From Fistulifera solaris (lineage: Eukaryota), in the NCBI GenBank assembly GCA_030295235.1, contig AP026152.1, positions 248,001-312,000 on the forward strand: a stretch of DNA of 64,000 nt, written 5' to 3'. The notes under the pieces were generated by a model that saw only the letters and a list, made by a program, of their open reading frames with translations, had not been told where the DNA came from and searched no databases. This document shows positions 34,649 to 49,372 of the stretch, one piece after another. How positions within the stretch are numbered: position 1 is the stretch's first letter; every line of letters starts with the position of its first letter. A program made the position numbers and the translations under genes.

Positions 34649-37600
34649 ATGTCATTTCCCACCGAAGACTTGGTGCCGAAAAAGGAAACGAATGTGTGGA
34701 GCTTCTTGCAGCAAAATCCTCAGTATGATGGACGGAATGTCCGAATTGGCATTTTGGATACGGGCATTGATCCTGGAGCCTCGGGACTGTTTAACATGGC
34801 CGACGGCGTGACACCTAAACTTGTGGATATGGTGGATTGCACGGGTTCTGGGGATGTGGACGTATCGTACACAACGACGGCCGTGTGGATCGAAGATCAC
34901 TGGGAAGTCACGGGCTTGTCGGGGAGGACCTTGCACTTGAGCGGTGACTGGACGTTTGCTGATTTTCCCAATGGGAAGAAAAATAGTAAGAAAAAGAAGA
35001 ATGAAGCCGATTCAGAAGAAAACTCGGCTGAGAAGGACGAAACGACGACCAAAACGGTTCCAGTGCGTCTCGGTATCAAGCGAGCCTACGAACTCTTTCC
35101 AGAGCGGTTGACAGCTCGAGTTAAGGAAGACCGCAAACGAATCTTTCAGGAACACATGGACAAGTATATCGCACGAGTACGGGGTGAATTGACTACTTGT
35201 AAAACCAAAACACCGGAACAAACAAAAATTCGTGACGATCTCCAAGCCCAACTAGATGTGCTAACTTCCACGGATTGGATCTCCGACCCTGGTCCCCTGT
35301 GGGATTGTGTCGTATTTCATGACGGTGTGGACTATCGTGTCGTCATTGATGGCGAGGAAACGGGGGATTTGAAGCAATGCAAGCCCATGACGTCATTTGC
35401 AAAAGAGCGTCAGTTTGAAACTTTCAGCGTGGTGGATAAGTTTAACTACGGCGTTAATTTCTACAACGACGGCAATATTCTTAGTATTGTGACAGACGCC
35501 AGTCCTCACGGAAGTCACGTGGCGGGGATCGCGGCCGCCGCAGAAGGTGAACGCAGTGGTGTGGCTCCAGGTGCGGAACTTGTATCACTCAAAATTGGCG
35601 ACTCGCGGTTGGGGTCGATGGAAACAGGAACATCTTTGACGAGAGCCATGATCGAAGCTGTTCGTCTCAAGTGTGATATTGTCAATTTATCGTACGGAGA
35701 AGGTTGCAAGATACCCAACAGTGGTCGTTTCGTCGAGCTAGCGGAGGACTTGGTTTGGAAGCACAATATTGTTTTCATTGCAGCTGCGGGAAACAATGGC
35801 CCTGCTCTTACAACTCTTGGAGCACCTGGTGGAACAACATCGGCAATTATCGGTGTTTCGGCATATGTTTCCCCTGAGATGATGAAAGCGTCTTATGGTT
35901 TCATCAGCCCGAAAGATGAAAGTCATATCGGCACAACTTACACATGGAGCAGCGTAGGCCCGACTGCGGATGGAGACTTTGGCAACAATGTAACGGCACC
36001 TGGAGGAGCAATTACTTCTGTGTCTAACTGGTGTTTACAGAAGTCGCAATTGATGAATGGCACGTCGATGGCGTCACCACATACAACTGGGTGCGCGGCT
36101 TTGCTAATTTCTGCTTGTAAAGCGGAGAATATTCCCGTAACGCCGGAACGAATCAAACGCGCACTGGAAAATACAGCCTCGCAGCTGCCACATTTATCTG
36201 TGGTTCAGCAGGGCTGCGGTATCATTCAAGTTGATAAAGCTCTCGAATACCTTCGAGAACACAAATCGGATGCTACGCAGGACGTTTTCTATGCCGTGAC
36301 GGTAAACAGTAACAGGAGAGGCATTTATTTGCGGCAAATGGCACACACTCTCGCTCGTCAGACCTTTTCAGTTGAAATTTATCCCAGGTTTAAGCGAGAG
36401 GATAGAGTGAGTAAAGACGTCCAACAACGGAAGCTTGATTTTGAGACGGGATTCAAATTAGAGGCCTCGCAATCTTGGGTCAAAGCCCCGGAATACTTTA
36501 TGTTGATGAACAATGGGAGATCATTTAATGTTGTAGTGGATCCGACGGATCTTGATCCTGGTCTGCACACAGCAATGATCACAGGATTTGCCAAAAGGTC
36601 GGAACAAGACGAACCCATGTTTCGTTTACCTATCACAGTGACAAAGCCGCATCCAATCAAACGCCGTATTGAACTTGGAGTGCTCAGCTTTGAACCAGCG
36701 GAAATAAAGCGATTTTTTGTTGTACCTCCTCCGGGGGGCGACATGGATGGATATTACGCTTCGTGATCAGCGCGAAGATTCCGACGTATCTTCAAGACTT
36801 TTTGTCCTGCATACAGTACAACTTCTGCCGCATTTCGCCTGGAGAGATCATGAGAAGCACGTGTCGCTCGCATTATTACCCAATCAAAGTAACGTCACTA
36901 GCATAGCTGTGGAGGATGGCGTAACATGTGAGATCTGCTTGGGGCGATACTGGTCAACAATCGGCGAATCCAAGATCGATGTCTTGATTCAATTTCGAGG
37001 CGTTCGGCCTGTACCCAACTGTGTCAATATACTCGCAGGAACGCATGGTTCTTTGCTTCGACTCCACAATGATTTACAAGACGAAGTCGTTAATCCAAAT
37101 GCAAGTTTGAATAAGTGGCTGACTCCCATTCGCCCGAAGATGGAATCAGCGGCTTCACCCCTTAGCATACGTGATACACTGCCGTCTGGTGAGCGTCAGA
37201 TCTATGAGCTCGTTCTTGATTACGAGTTCGAGCAGGAAGAGAAGGGTGCGTTTATAGCCCGCGCGTATCCCATGCAGGATGTACTTTACGAGTCAGCATT
37301 CGAAAGCCAGATGATGCTTTTCTTCGATTCTGATAAGATGTATCTGGGCGCTTCTGATGCTTACCCTAGGGAAATTACCGCTCCGAAGGGAGCCGTATCA
37401 ATGCGAATTCAAATCCGTCACGATGATCCTGTCAAGTTGTCAGCCTTAAAAGAAATGGTTGTTTGGATAGAGAGAAAGATTGACAAGGAGATATCGCTCT
37501 CCGTGTTTTCCACGAAAGAAGACTTAGTGAAAGGGAGTGGCTCGTTCAAAAGACTACAATACGTACAGGATCTTCGTTGGCTATGTACATCGCAGAGCCA

Positions 37601-38495
37601 CCTCAGGCAAAGTTGCCGTCAGGCTGCAAAATAGGCGACATATTATCAGGCACTGTCACCTTTGGCGGCGACAGCAACAGTGCGGCAGGCTCTGGGAAGC
37701 GACCTGGCGGTTATGCTATTTCGTATTTTGTTGGCCCTAAGTTTAAAAAAGCCATCCAATGAAAGCGATGTTCCCGAGCCCAAAGATGAACGAACACCCG
37801 AAGAGAAAATGGCGGAAGCAATTCGCGACTTGAAAATCGCTCACCTCGGCAAAGCGATCAAGCAAGACGAAGATGAGGAAGTATTCACAAGAATGTTTTC
37901 TTCTATTCAGCAAGAGTATCCTGACCATCTTCCTTTGCATGTTGCGAAGCTTCGGTATACCGATGGAGATAAACGACGGGCTGAACGGCTGGCAGAGGTT
38001 GTGGTCAATTGCGATGAAATAATATCACGAATAGTGGAGGACGAGCTAGCATTGCACTTTGGGCGCAAAATTGATACCGACGATCCAAAAGCCGTCAAAG
38101 AGCGCGAAGATATGAAAGAAAAGAAGTCGTTCTTGATTGAAGCACTAGTACGCAAGTCGCTGGCGTACGCCGATATGCAGACAAAGGACGCAGGCGAGAA
38201 ATTTGATGCTACCTTGCAGCATTTGAAGCTTTGGGCTGATGTCGAGTCCTCTGACAAGTATGCGACACTTTTTCTCGTTCGTGAAGCCCGAGCGAGCAGG
38301 TATGGAAGCGTGCTCAAAACAATCAACAAACTTCTTACAAAGGAAGCCAAAGACGACGCTATCAGGCCCCTGAGTAAAAGTGAATTGTTCACACGTCGTT
38401 CTGAAGCATTCGAGAAACTTGAGTTCACTTTACTCAAAGAATATGACCGATCAAACCGTGTCGTGGCTGCGCCGAAATCTTACATGTTGTTTTAA
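34649..38495 (+). CDS. TPP2: Tripeptidyl-peptidase II (S8); frameshifts near 36735, 37555, 37747
   Basis: PKKET, ILDTGIDPGA, DCTGSGDVD, HGSHVAGI, KIGDSRLGSMETGT, YTWSS.GPTADG, MNGTSMASP, and a C-terminal PDHLPLHVAKL helical region. Confidence 0.95.
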
Positions 38496-38549
38496 GACTA
38501 AACTTGGATCAATGTAAGAGTACAAACAAGAAGTTTATCTATTTTAGTA

Positions 38550-40077
38550 TTACATACATCGTCTAGAATTGCACTGCATGCTGCAGCATTGAAGGTTGAA
38601 AAGACAGCGTTGCCCCGTGTCCCCTCGCAGCAGGCAGGAATTGTGCGTATCATCGTAATAGCATCTCCGTTTCCTCGGGAAATTATCGACTCGCTTACAA
38701 ATGTGCCCCTCACAGCAATCCGAATCGCGCCGACAGTCTCGTCCCCACCTGTCATCCAGACAAACGGGTCCCAATGGCTCCAGTGAAGCAGGGATGTGTG
38801 CCAGGCGATTGTTGTCGTCAATGCTCATACCACTGATTACATCCATTTTCGTATGGTTGAGTAGCACTTCTTTCACATCCATCGGATCCACTCCCCTTTC
38901 CAAATGCAATGCCACAATCCCCGAAACATGTGGCGCAGCGAACGAAGTTCCTTTTAGGGTAGCGGTTCCTGAAACCCCGTTTCCACCGATACTAGCGGAC
39001 GTGATACCATCACCGGGTGCCCACAAGTCCACACACGGACCATAATTGGAGAACGACGCTCGTGCATCCTGTTTCGTGGTAGCTCCTACCGAAATACTCA
39101 AGGACGACTTCGCGTAGGTCGAACAAGCGTTGTTGAAACCGTTGCCGGCCGCCACCACAATGACGGCACCGGAATCGACGACTCGTTGCTGCGCATCTTC
39201 CATGGCTTGCGAAAATTCGCCTTGAAAGGACATGTTGACGACACGTTTCCCCGTCTCGGAAGCAACATAGTCCAAGGCAGCGAGAATGGCACTTTTTGGA
39301 CTTTACAAAAAGTAAGACACGGATCGATCGACATTCCAATGAATCAAGAGCCCAACGTACCACGACCCGTTTCGACACACTTTCAAGGCTTTGAGTTGAA
39401 TGTTTTTGGCGATTCCATACGTCGTTCCACCAATGATACCGGCCACATGCGTACCGTGTCCGGTATCATCGTCACACGGACTGTCATCGATAAAATTTTG
39501 CAAGCACGCGGCGCGTCCCTGAAATTCCGCATGTTGAACCAAAATTCCGGAATCGAGTATATAGGCATTCACCCCTCGACCCGTGTATTCTGAGAACAAA
39601 ATCAACAAAGTGAGAGGGCATCGCCTGTGTGCGAAATTGACCCGTTTCTCTTGCAATTGACGTACTGTACGTGTACGAGTTGGATAAAGGCAATTCGTCT
39701 TGATCCACTCGATCCAGTCCCCAAGGAGGAACGTCTTGCTTTTGTGAAAAGGCCGTCGTGTATACTGTGTTCTAATGTAAAAGCAAAAATGAGGAGAAAT
39801 TAGAAACTCCAAGCATTTGCCAAGGGCGTACCTGTTCGATAAACGCCACAGCATCATCGTCAAGAAGATCCACAAGCTCTTCTTCCGTCAGCTCAGCGAG
39901 AAACCAAGGCTGTCGTTCGACGGTGGATGTTCGCAAATTGTTACGGGAAGATTGGAGGACCACAATATATTCATTTGTTATCACAGTGTCAGCGACGGCT
40001 CTCCGCAGTTTGGGGTGTTCCTTCAAAGCTTGTGCGCCCTGCAAAAGCCACGACAAGAGGAGACACCATGGTATCAT
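38550..40077 (-). CDS. Secreted proteinase-K-type subtilase (S8A) with I9 propeptide and two C-terminal Cys-rich modules; three introns (~39772-39831, ~39589-39665, ~39300-39360)
   Basis: Signal peptide, NEYIVVL, PWGLDRVDQ, YILDSG, GHGTHVAG, AAGN, FSNYGPCVDLWAPG, GTSFAAPHVSG. Confidence 0.9.
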
Positions 40078-40333
40078 TTGCTGTGATGCAATGATAGAAA
40101 CAGCCTTCCCAATAGAGTGATTGTCGATGAGAGAAACGATAAAAAACAAGGGGCGTGATTGTGTGGGGTTTTTCTCTTTCGAGCGAAAGGGGGGAAGTTA
40201 TGACCTTGTCGTGTTCCGCGTGCTACAGTACTTTACTCCCTACTCCCCAAAAGGCCCAACAAGAAAGCTAATGAAGTCGAAGAGGTGGTCTCAACAGAGA
40301 GGTTGTGTATTTAAAAATTCAGATTCAGCAGTC

Positions 40334-40407
40334 GCTCCCGTAGCTCAGCTGGTTAGAGCGTGGGTCTAATAAACCCAAGGTCGTGTGTTCGAGCCACATC
40401 GGGAGTA
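40334..40407 (+). tRNA. tRNA-Ile (anticodon AAT)
   Basis: Acceptor GCTCCCG/CGGGAGT, D-arm GCTC..GAGC, anticodon stem TGGGT/ACCCA with loop CT-AAT-AA, T-arm GTGTG-TTCGAGC-CACAT, no encoded CCA, T-runs just downstream (Pol III terminator). Confidence 0.97.
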
Positions 40408-40515
40408 CGCTTTTGCTTTTTCAGAATATTTTGTTGTTTTAAAGTCTAGCTAAGGTATTCGTTCCATTACAAAGCTTGAATTCTCGTCTAATTTTATACA
40501 TTTCGCTACAACATC

Positions 40516-41513
40516 TCAATTGGCTTGACAATTCCGCCAATCGGGTGGAAGCATGGGTGCAACAACAGTCGTATTGGTTCCATTGACAAACTCGTGGATG
40601 CCATCCAAATAACAGTCCATGTACGAGCACCATTGACTCGCACTCAAATACAAGGAATAGCCACACGTCAATACGGGATCTCGTCCATAGACCGCAATGC
40701 CGTTCATGTAGGCCCCCCAACACCATGCCATGACGGCGCGACTCCACCAAACGTCAAAATTACAATGCATGCCAATCAACCAACCGGCAAACCAGTGGTG
40801 GAAATGAAAATACGGTGACGATAACAGAGGCAGCAAGAAAACTGAGACGGCCAGTAAGAGCTCGATGACTTTTTGCACCAACACTTCGTGATACACCGCA
40901 TAACGGACGTGGTGCCACACCACGTTCGTCACCAACACCGCCGCGCCCGCCACAAAGATCCACAAGGCCACGGGCCACGTGCAATGCACTTCATATAAGG
41001 TGAAGGAATGTTGTAAAAAGGCAAATGACGTAATGTAACTGGAATACAGATTCGCCAGTGCCGCCCAGAACAGCCAAGCGGCGTGATCCACTCCATTCTG
41101 CGAATGCAATCGACCCACAAAGAAAAAGACAACGGCATCCGCGGCAATCAAATTTCCTTCGTATAGAAGCACATTGCGTAGTGTCAAATGTCCATCGTAT
41201 TCCCAATCCATCCATCGCACTCCATGAAATAAGATCACAATTCCTGTCGCCGTGAAGGATAGAAATTTGAGCAATTTGACTACCGTCGGGCCTTCCAAAA
41301 GGGAATACCCGCTACCGCAAATCGATCATCGGGCAGGAGGGTTCGATGAAAGGCGTGTTCCCATGATGCCGAGTCGTCGGTAGGAAGAACGTCTTCTATT
41401 TCTTCGTCACCTTCTTCGACGCGGGCTACCGTCCGATACACGCGTCCCTGTTTTCTACGACTTTCCGGTGGATCGACACGCATCACGCCATCGACCGTTC
41501 GATCCATTTTCAA
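40516..41513 (-). CDS. Uncharacterised polytopic membrane protein with FHFHHW motif; frameshift near 41297
   Basis: About 6-7 hydrophobic segments in ORF 40516..41298; overlapping upstream ORF 41280..41513 supplies a hydrophilic N-terminus. Confidence 0.65.
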
Positions 41514-41739
41514 GCTGCCAAAACTATGTTTGTAAAAGATTAATTGTCTCGACGATTAGGAATATCGAAATGGCCAAGAACGCGAGAACCGCTCTGTGTT
41601 CCTTCGCGGGCTTTTTCTCGCTTCTTGCGGATGAGGTTTTTCGCACGCGTCAGACACGGACAAGCAAGAGTTAACAGCGAGTCTTGGGGAAGTGTGACTC
41701 GGTAAAATAATGAAAGAATGACAAGATTGACTAAATTAT

Positions 41740-44700
41740 TTATGAAGAAAGAGATCGAACTTTATTCGGCTGTGGATGATATTTCTTTTCATTGGTAACT
41801 GTCACAAGCCATTGCAATGAAAATCGATACGAGGCAGTATCTTTTGAATTACATTCAATCGAACTTGTTGAAGGTTGTAAACACCGGTGGATGTGACCAG
41901 AGCTTGCAGTGGTATAGAAAGTTCCCCGTCTGCTTCCAGTTTATTCTCAAAGCTCACAGATCCGCTAAAGTTCAAAGACTGGGTCTCTTCCAAAGAAAAT
42001 TCAAACGACACAGATGCTTTCGTTAGACGATTCTTCAAATGAACGTGGAAAGGTATTGTCCCCGGTCCGTTGGCGAAATCGTGCGACAGTCTCGAAGGAT
42101 AGCTGGCGGTGACCAGAATGGGACAACCTTTGATATCCATTTTCGGGCGCACAAAGAGATCGCGAACAAAAAGAGCTCCCTGGATCGCACTGTTTTTACA
42201 ATGCCACGAAACAATCAGATGCACTCTTTCTTCATCGACATCACGGGGACAAAGCTTTCGCACCGATGTCGCATCTACGAAGAGCTCTGCTGGTTCAGTA
42301 TCGGATTCCTGACCCGTCAAAGCAGTATTGGCGCGTCGAATTTGTGCAATGGAACGTGGTTGCTGGTTGGATGCATCATGAGCTGCTTCCGCGCGGGCGA
42401 GAGCTATCCTGTGCTTCGTCAAGGTATCTTCAAAAATGGCGTGTGCACTTTCCAAACACAAAAAGCTCACGAGAGAATCCGAATCTTTTGATTGCTGAGA
42501 AATAGGCTTCAAAAAATCAGATTGACTCAAGACCGAAAGTTTGGATCCGTCGTCACCAATGGGAAGGACTCGGAAATGCGAGGCCACTCGTTCTGCCAAC
42601 CAAGTTCCACGAAAGACTCGTCAAACTGACCTTCAAATGGGATAAGTCGATAATTCCAACTAACTAGCGAAACCTTGCTGACGGTGAAATCAGTATCATC
42701 CGGTGAGTCGGTTCGATTGTTCGCAACCTCCAGTGACAGCGTGTTTTCACTTGGTATTCGGTTGGAAGGAACCAGTGACGAAGCTAGTGAGATGGAGGGA
42801 TATACAGTCACTTCAAACATCTTCTTCAACCACCTAAATCGACCTCTTTCATTCTCATCGTCGCTAAGTAGCTCATACCGAAACAGCATGTACAAGCCAT
42901 GTTTGCCACTCTGAGGTATTCGCATCTCTATCGGAACATCTATCGATTCTCCTGGATGAAGGTTTCCTTCTTTAAGCGGGAAAGTCATTAATGTCCCCGA
43001 AGGACCAAGTGAGTTAGGAACACCATCATGCTGTTGGGTTGACTTGTGAAGGATCCGTATCCAAGGAATATTTGTTTTCAATGTAGCGTTCGTGGCAGGC
43101 GCTGTACCGATGTTTTCCACCCGAAGAACCCACGGTCTTATCTGCCCTTCCAAGGCTGGACCGACGAGAGCTGACTGTTGAGCGGGTAACAGTTCTATTG
43201 TGAGACAGGGCATCCCTCTTTCGACCTTCGCTCGTAGAAGCATGGATTCACCACGAACACGGTTGGCACGATTTGCGCGAGTATTTTGCAGTAGTCTCCC
43301 TTTGATTTCAAATTGGTGATAAACCCACACGGCGTCAAATAAGCGGAAACGGACTCCTAAAACTTCCAGATCACCTTTCTCCAAGGGACATATTCCAAGA
43401 GCTATCCTTTTCGAGCCTTCCGGGTCCAGTGTGGCATTTGTTTTGGTAACAACAAAAATGGGGCTGCCTCCGCTGCTGCTTTCCATCTTCCTTTCTCATC
43501 TTCACCAGATCCTGACGAAAGACGACAGAAATCGGCAATCAAAAACTCTTCTTGTCCACTTTGAAAGGTCCACTTTGGTTGTTCGTTGTAGGAAACTAAT
43601 TGAGTGATAGATATTGCATCTTCGTTAGTACAGCAGGTATCTGAACTCGTCATTTTGCAACGAGTTGAATATCGTTTAAGTCGACCGGAATACCAAGAGG
43701 GTTCTTCATAACAAACTCAATAAAATAAGGCTCTCTTTGAGCTCTGATTGGTGGCATTTCTTTATAGGACGCAGAGCGTTTCGCTCGCTCTTCTCGACTG
43801 CGATTCAAATGTTCCTTGTCGATTTCGGTTATTACTTTCCGGATTTCTGGATCATGAATAGACCGTAACGCAGTAGAAATGACATCATTGTCAACCTTGG
43901 CCTTATCTTCATTCACGGCGCGAAGTTCGGCGTTAGTGCAAAGCATCAATTCGTCCCATAGCTCGTCATTGCCTCGATGGGCCTCACCGAAATCAGGGAC
44001 ATTCTCTTGTCTGTGGTGCGAAGCTTCTTCAGCCAGAACTACCACAGTATGATCGTCAATCAAGGGCAAATTGACGTTGAGCAATTCCAAAACTCTAGTG
44101 GCCCCTTTCGTGTAACGAACAACTTGTACAATTCGATCTAACTTCTCTTTCCGTATCGCATCGCGCTGAAGTCCGGTCAGGTGGGAGGGTGCTGCCAAGC
44201 GGTCGGCACCAGCAAGAGCCTTCTTTGGGTAATCGCTGCAAATTTCCAGCAAGTTGTTTACGTATTTTTGTTGTGATTTTGTAGACACGCGTCCACCTTC
44301 GGAGCATCCAACCAATTTCCCATATAATTGCAAGGCAATCGCCATCCGTCCCATAGAGAAGAGCTGAGCAGCTAGTGCCGATCGTATGTGATTGTGCAAT
44401 TCATCCCAGTTCCCACCACGATAAATGTACAAAGCCGATGTGAAACATCGAAAAGCGTGATGATTTTGTTCCGCCGACCGATACATGTGGCCACTCATCA
44501 ACATATGAAATGCGTACTTGCGATACAACTCGGCATGAAAATAATGCGCCGAACCCTGTTCCAGTAACACCGCCGCCCCCAGTGCATTCTCGTTCGAAGA
44601 TGCCGATGCCAACAGATCCGCTACTTCGAGATGCCGTCCGGTAATCACGTTTTGCGTAGCACTCAATACTAGACACAATCGCGTGGCGAGACGAGTCGAC

Positions 44701-46448
44701 AGGGAAGCGGCAGCGACTCGTCCGCCACCGCCGACGCGCTCTTCTTCGGCCGCACGACTGTAACTCCACATGGCATTTTCAATCAACGAAAAAATCTCTC
44801 GGGCTCGTCCATAGGCGTCCATATGATATAAGCAGAGCGCCATCAGTTCTTGCACACTGGCGTAATGAGCGTGTGCTTTGTCTTGTTTCAAATCGTCTTT
44901 AATCAACCGGTAAGTGCCGTACGCTTGCTCATAGTCAGCCATCAGAAAAAGCGTATCGGCCAGCAAACGCGTTTGATTCTCCACGGTATCAAATTTGTAT
45001 CGAACGGCATCGGTACCCTTGCCCGCATTCTCGTCGGTGGATTCTGATTCTTTCGGTTTCCCCGTCCGCCAAAACGACTTGAGTGCATTCCGTACACCTT
45101 TCTTTCGTTCACTGACGATTGCGTTGAGCGTCGCAATCCGATGTTCCAACGCCGGCAACAAAGCTTCGACCGCCAAACTGGTCAAGAACTGTCGCAACGA
45201 CGCCCGGTCGTTCATGGACAAACAATTTCCCAATTTTCCTCCGCCACCCCACAAATCACTGGTTTCTTCGGTCGCCAATTGACGTGCCGTTTCCAACGAC
45301 AGACTGTTGATCCGCACGACCGCCGACGCGACCCCAAATTCTTTCTTCAGATCCTGTTGTAGAGATTGTTCATTCCAATTCTGTGCCCCATCGACATTGT
45401 CGTGCAAAACCACGACTTGATGTTGCAATGCCTGCGGATTCATGAGACCATTTTGGAAGGCCGTGGGCAAATAAAACTGCGAGGCACGTAATGCGCGAAC
45501 CGTCGCGAGCGCATCTTCGTGCGTCGTCGCCACCAACAAACACAAGGCCGGACAATGAAACAAATCGTGCGTTGCATCTTCGGTCGATTCATCCAAGGCC
45601 TGTCGATACCGTTGCAACCATGGAATCGTCAAAGGTGACGTCAAATCGAAGGCGTCTTTGTGAATTTGATCCAATTGACGTTGTCGTTCTTCGTGTGTGA
45701 CGGACAAGGAAGGCGGCTCGTCGAGCAATAAATTGTCGACTTGATCTTCCAATAAACACAATTCGGATTCTAAATTTCCGTCCGTGGCATGAATTTGGGC
45801 TTCTCGCGACAACAAATCCGCCGCTTCGGTGTCACTCATGGTCGGAAACTCTTCGACGAACCGAATTTCGAGATCTTGCCACGTCAAATTCAAAAAGCGC
45901 GTTAACGAACGAAAGGGTGGTATTGTGGGTGGCGATTGATTGTTTTGGTATCCTGCGAGCATATGGTTGTAGAGTCCCTGCAACAGATCGACCAATCGCA
46001 AATCATTTTTGTGAGCTAATTGATGCGCGGATTCGGACGCCAGAATCAAGACCGGAAAATGTCGATGACGTCGGGCCAGGAGAGGATGGGGAGGTGACGT
46101 TTTAAATAGTTTGGCTTTGGGTGGAGGCGTATTCGAAGTCGTCGTCGTTGGTGTATTCGGAGGATTGTTGACTGTCATAGGCGGCAGCGAAGACTTGTTT
46201 GAAGTAGTAGAAGAAGTAGTCGGTACTAATTTGGGTGGAGGCGGCAGAGAACTCGAGGTGGTAAACAACGAAGTCATTCCTGAAGTCGTGGAGGACAAAT
46301 TCGCCGATGGTGGGGCACTGGAAAGACCAGGAATCGGAACGGTTGTGTGATGTGGTTCATTTTGGGGCGCGGCTGTTGTTGCTTTTGTTGTATTCGCCAC
46401 TCTGGGAGGAGGCGGCAGTGTTCCCAAAGGACGAGAAGGGCTTGTCAT
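41740..46448 (-). CDS. TRAPPC8: TRAPP III subunit TRAPPC8/Trs85; several 1-nt frameshifts
   Basis: KKGVRNALKSFW, ENQTRLLADTLFLMADYEQAYGTY, AAVLLEQ, RKYAFHMLMSGHMY..A.Q.HHAFRC, W.ELHNHI, MKNPLGIPVDL, followed by Ig-like beta domains. C-terminal end inferred across a shift. Confidence 0.88.
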
Positions 46449-46733
46449 GTTTAAAAGCAGTTGAGAAATAGATAATGAATTATAGTTTCATCATCAAACA
46501 AAAGTTATTTGTCTTCGCCCCCTTGCACCTTTTGTTATGCTCATCGTCCAAAGTTTCGGGCGGCGCAGCGACCATGGACAAACCTTCACCTGTGTACTAA
46601 CTTGAGTAATAGTCGTATTCATTCGGTATTCCTTTCGTTAGTTATTATTGGTCTAAAGCTCCTAGCGGTACTTGACTAAGTATACTTGCTGCTTTAGAAC
46701 TTATCATTTTACTGTTTAATTCACCATTTCGGT

Positions 46734-48992
46734 TTACGAATCCAAAAGCTCTTCCACCAAACGTTGTTGCATGTCCAAACTGTAATGATGCATATTGGAA
46801 GTGTTGATGTTCGATCTCGAGTCGTCATTGTCGTCCTGTTGTTGTTTCTTGGCTTTCCGGGCATTCTCGAACATGAACGCCTTGGCCAGCCCCTGAGCCA
46901 AGGCTGTCTCGATCGAAGCGATCGTCGTGGGATCCATAATTCTATTCGAAGAATGCAATTCCGCATATTCCGATAACTGTATGAAGCGCTCCATGAGAAC
47001 ACGAATGCATTTCGTATCCAGCTTAGCGATATCCGCATCAATGGCGTGTTGTGCAATGCGCAACACATGCCAATGCCACGTTCGCAATAAAACAACACCA
47101 CTTTCTGAGTCTCCTTTCAAAAGTTGCAATATCGAATCATTCATCTTTTCGTCATTTTGATCCAAAGACGCCACCAATTCCATGGAATGCATCAACCACA
47201 ATGCTTCGGGAATATCCTGGATATGGGGACCCAAGGCTTCCACGACTGCTTCTCCCACCACTTTGGCGTCCGCCAATCGCGTGACTTCCGTTTCGCTTAC
47301 AGCCAGTGCCAAACGCAAAATCGTTTCGGCCGTGTCGATGCACAACAACGCAAGAGTCCGAGAGCAGGCTCCCAATGCACGATTTTCCTTCAACACCAAC
47401 AACTCCAGTTCTACTCCTTCCCATAACACCCAAACGGCCGTGGCGAAATCCAATCGCTCCATGCACGGACGATACAACGACAAGAGCATTGTCGAGGTCG
47501 CATCGAGTAATTGCAGACTCTGGCGTTCGACCAACGGACGGACGAGAGATACCATGGCCCGGGCGTAGCGTTCCGTGGTGGGTGCATAATGCTCTAAAAT
47601 CTCCGCCACCCATGTTCGGATGCGTTCTTCTTCTGAAAAGGGCAACAACAAGCGCACCGACAGTTGCACACCCAAATCGCAGTGTTCCGTCTGCGCCAAA
47701 GAAGACCGAATTGCATCAGAAGCATCGCACAAGAAATCGATTTTCCGTTCCGCCATCGATTCTCCTTCTAAAATTCCGGCATCGACAAACACATTACACA
47801 ACAACGCCAACTGCGGAACATAGAGTTAGAATGTAGAGTGAAAAACAATCCTTAATCCTCATTCAAAGCCACTTACCAAGACGGCCGGCAAAGCCGCTCC
47901 GGTTCCGGCTCCGTACACATACAATAAATGCAAGGCTTCTCCCGCATTCCCTTCCATGACTTGCAACAAGGCTTGATCGACTTCTTTGGTGTTGTCGAAC
48001 GATTGCGCCAACGCCCGCGCCCGACGACTGACGTTTTGCAAATGCGGCTGACGGTACAGCAATTCCACCAACAATGCCTCTTGCCAACTATCACACGGTG
48101 CTTCTCGAATATCACCCGATAGTATGGCGAGCAGCGGAGCCAATTCGGGGATGTGTCTCACGAGAGACAAACGAACCTGTTGCACATAATTTTGCCACCG
48201 TTTGTGTTTGCGGGATGCCGCTTCCGCATGAAAGGTGAAAGGCACATCCGCACCGTGACTCGTAGGGTTCGTCGTTTCCCAGAATTGATAATCGTGAGAA
48301 TGCACATCGAGATCTTCCAATACGACTGCTTCAATTTCATCGATTTGTTCCGCTTCTTGGTCATAGAAATGGGTGCGCCCCCCGGGGATGGGTGCAAGTA
48401 ACAACAAATCACGCATAACAAGGAAACTGTGTTCGATTTCCCGCATCGTTCGCGCATATTCTCGATCCTTTGTATTTGTTGTAGCGGCGACATACAACGA
48501 ATGCTTCGATAACAATCGCCAAGCTTCTTCCAAACATCCGTGCATGACGAATTTGAGAAGCAAGGACCAGTATCCTTCCCATTGTTCCGGTTGAGCCGCT
48601 TGCAGCATGTCATCATATTCTGGCATCAAGTCCGGCAATGAAGGCAAATGATGTTGCCGCAAATACCGCACCGTCTCGGCCGTTCCCGGTTGGAGAACGA
48701 TTTCCGACAAATGCAGGACCGCCAGGTTCAATTTCAATAAATCCAAATCCAACGTATCTTCCGCGGCATCATCAATGCATTGCGAAAGGACCGCGCGATA
48801 GTGTTGCAGTGTTTGGGTCGCATTCATCTTAATACTATCAATAGGAATCAATTGAATCAAAGCCGTCAATTCATGACTGTGACATCCCGTTCCGGTCCCC
48901 GCGTGCAACGTATGCACTTGACCGTTTTGTAACATCTGGAGGGCCGAAGGACGGGTCGGATCCCACGCCATGGTTGTTGTTGGAGTTGTCAT
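46734..48992 (-). CDS. NUP85: Nucleoporin Nup85; intron 47811-47876
   Basis: LHLSEI, YWSLLLKFVMHGCLEEAWRLLSKHS, LAILSGD, SWQEALLVELLYRQP in an all-helical ~730-aa protein. In-frame GTAAGT..CAG intron. Confidence 0.75.
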
Positions 48993-49372
48993 GTTTTTAC
49001 GTTTGGAATCAAGAGAATAACAGGAGCTCAGTACTGGTAATGATAAAAATAATAAACAGCTTATTTCCGCAACAACGATAAACGACGTTATGCTTCCCGA
49101 TGATGCACGGATGGGTTCATCTCTTTCTTACAGACGATCAGACGTTTACAACAGCATGTTGTTGCGTTGTTAAATGACCGGTACTTGTAGTATAGTATTT
49201 TAATGTAGTGCTAGTCGTACTGCGATTTTTCAACATGGCTTCGACGAAAAACGACGACCATGATGTTTCTTGAAACCGTCAAAGAAAAAAGATCCAAAAG
49301 CTATCTCAGCCTATCATTATCATTACCCTTTTTCTTGAATCCCTTCTACTAATTCTTCTATTCTCTAGAAGA

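Noticed and set aside
34649..40077. Functional cluster of TPP2 with the adjacent subtilase
   Set aside because: TPP2 is cytosolic and distantly related to the secreted S8A enzyme; convergent adjacency is expected by chance in a compact genome.
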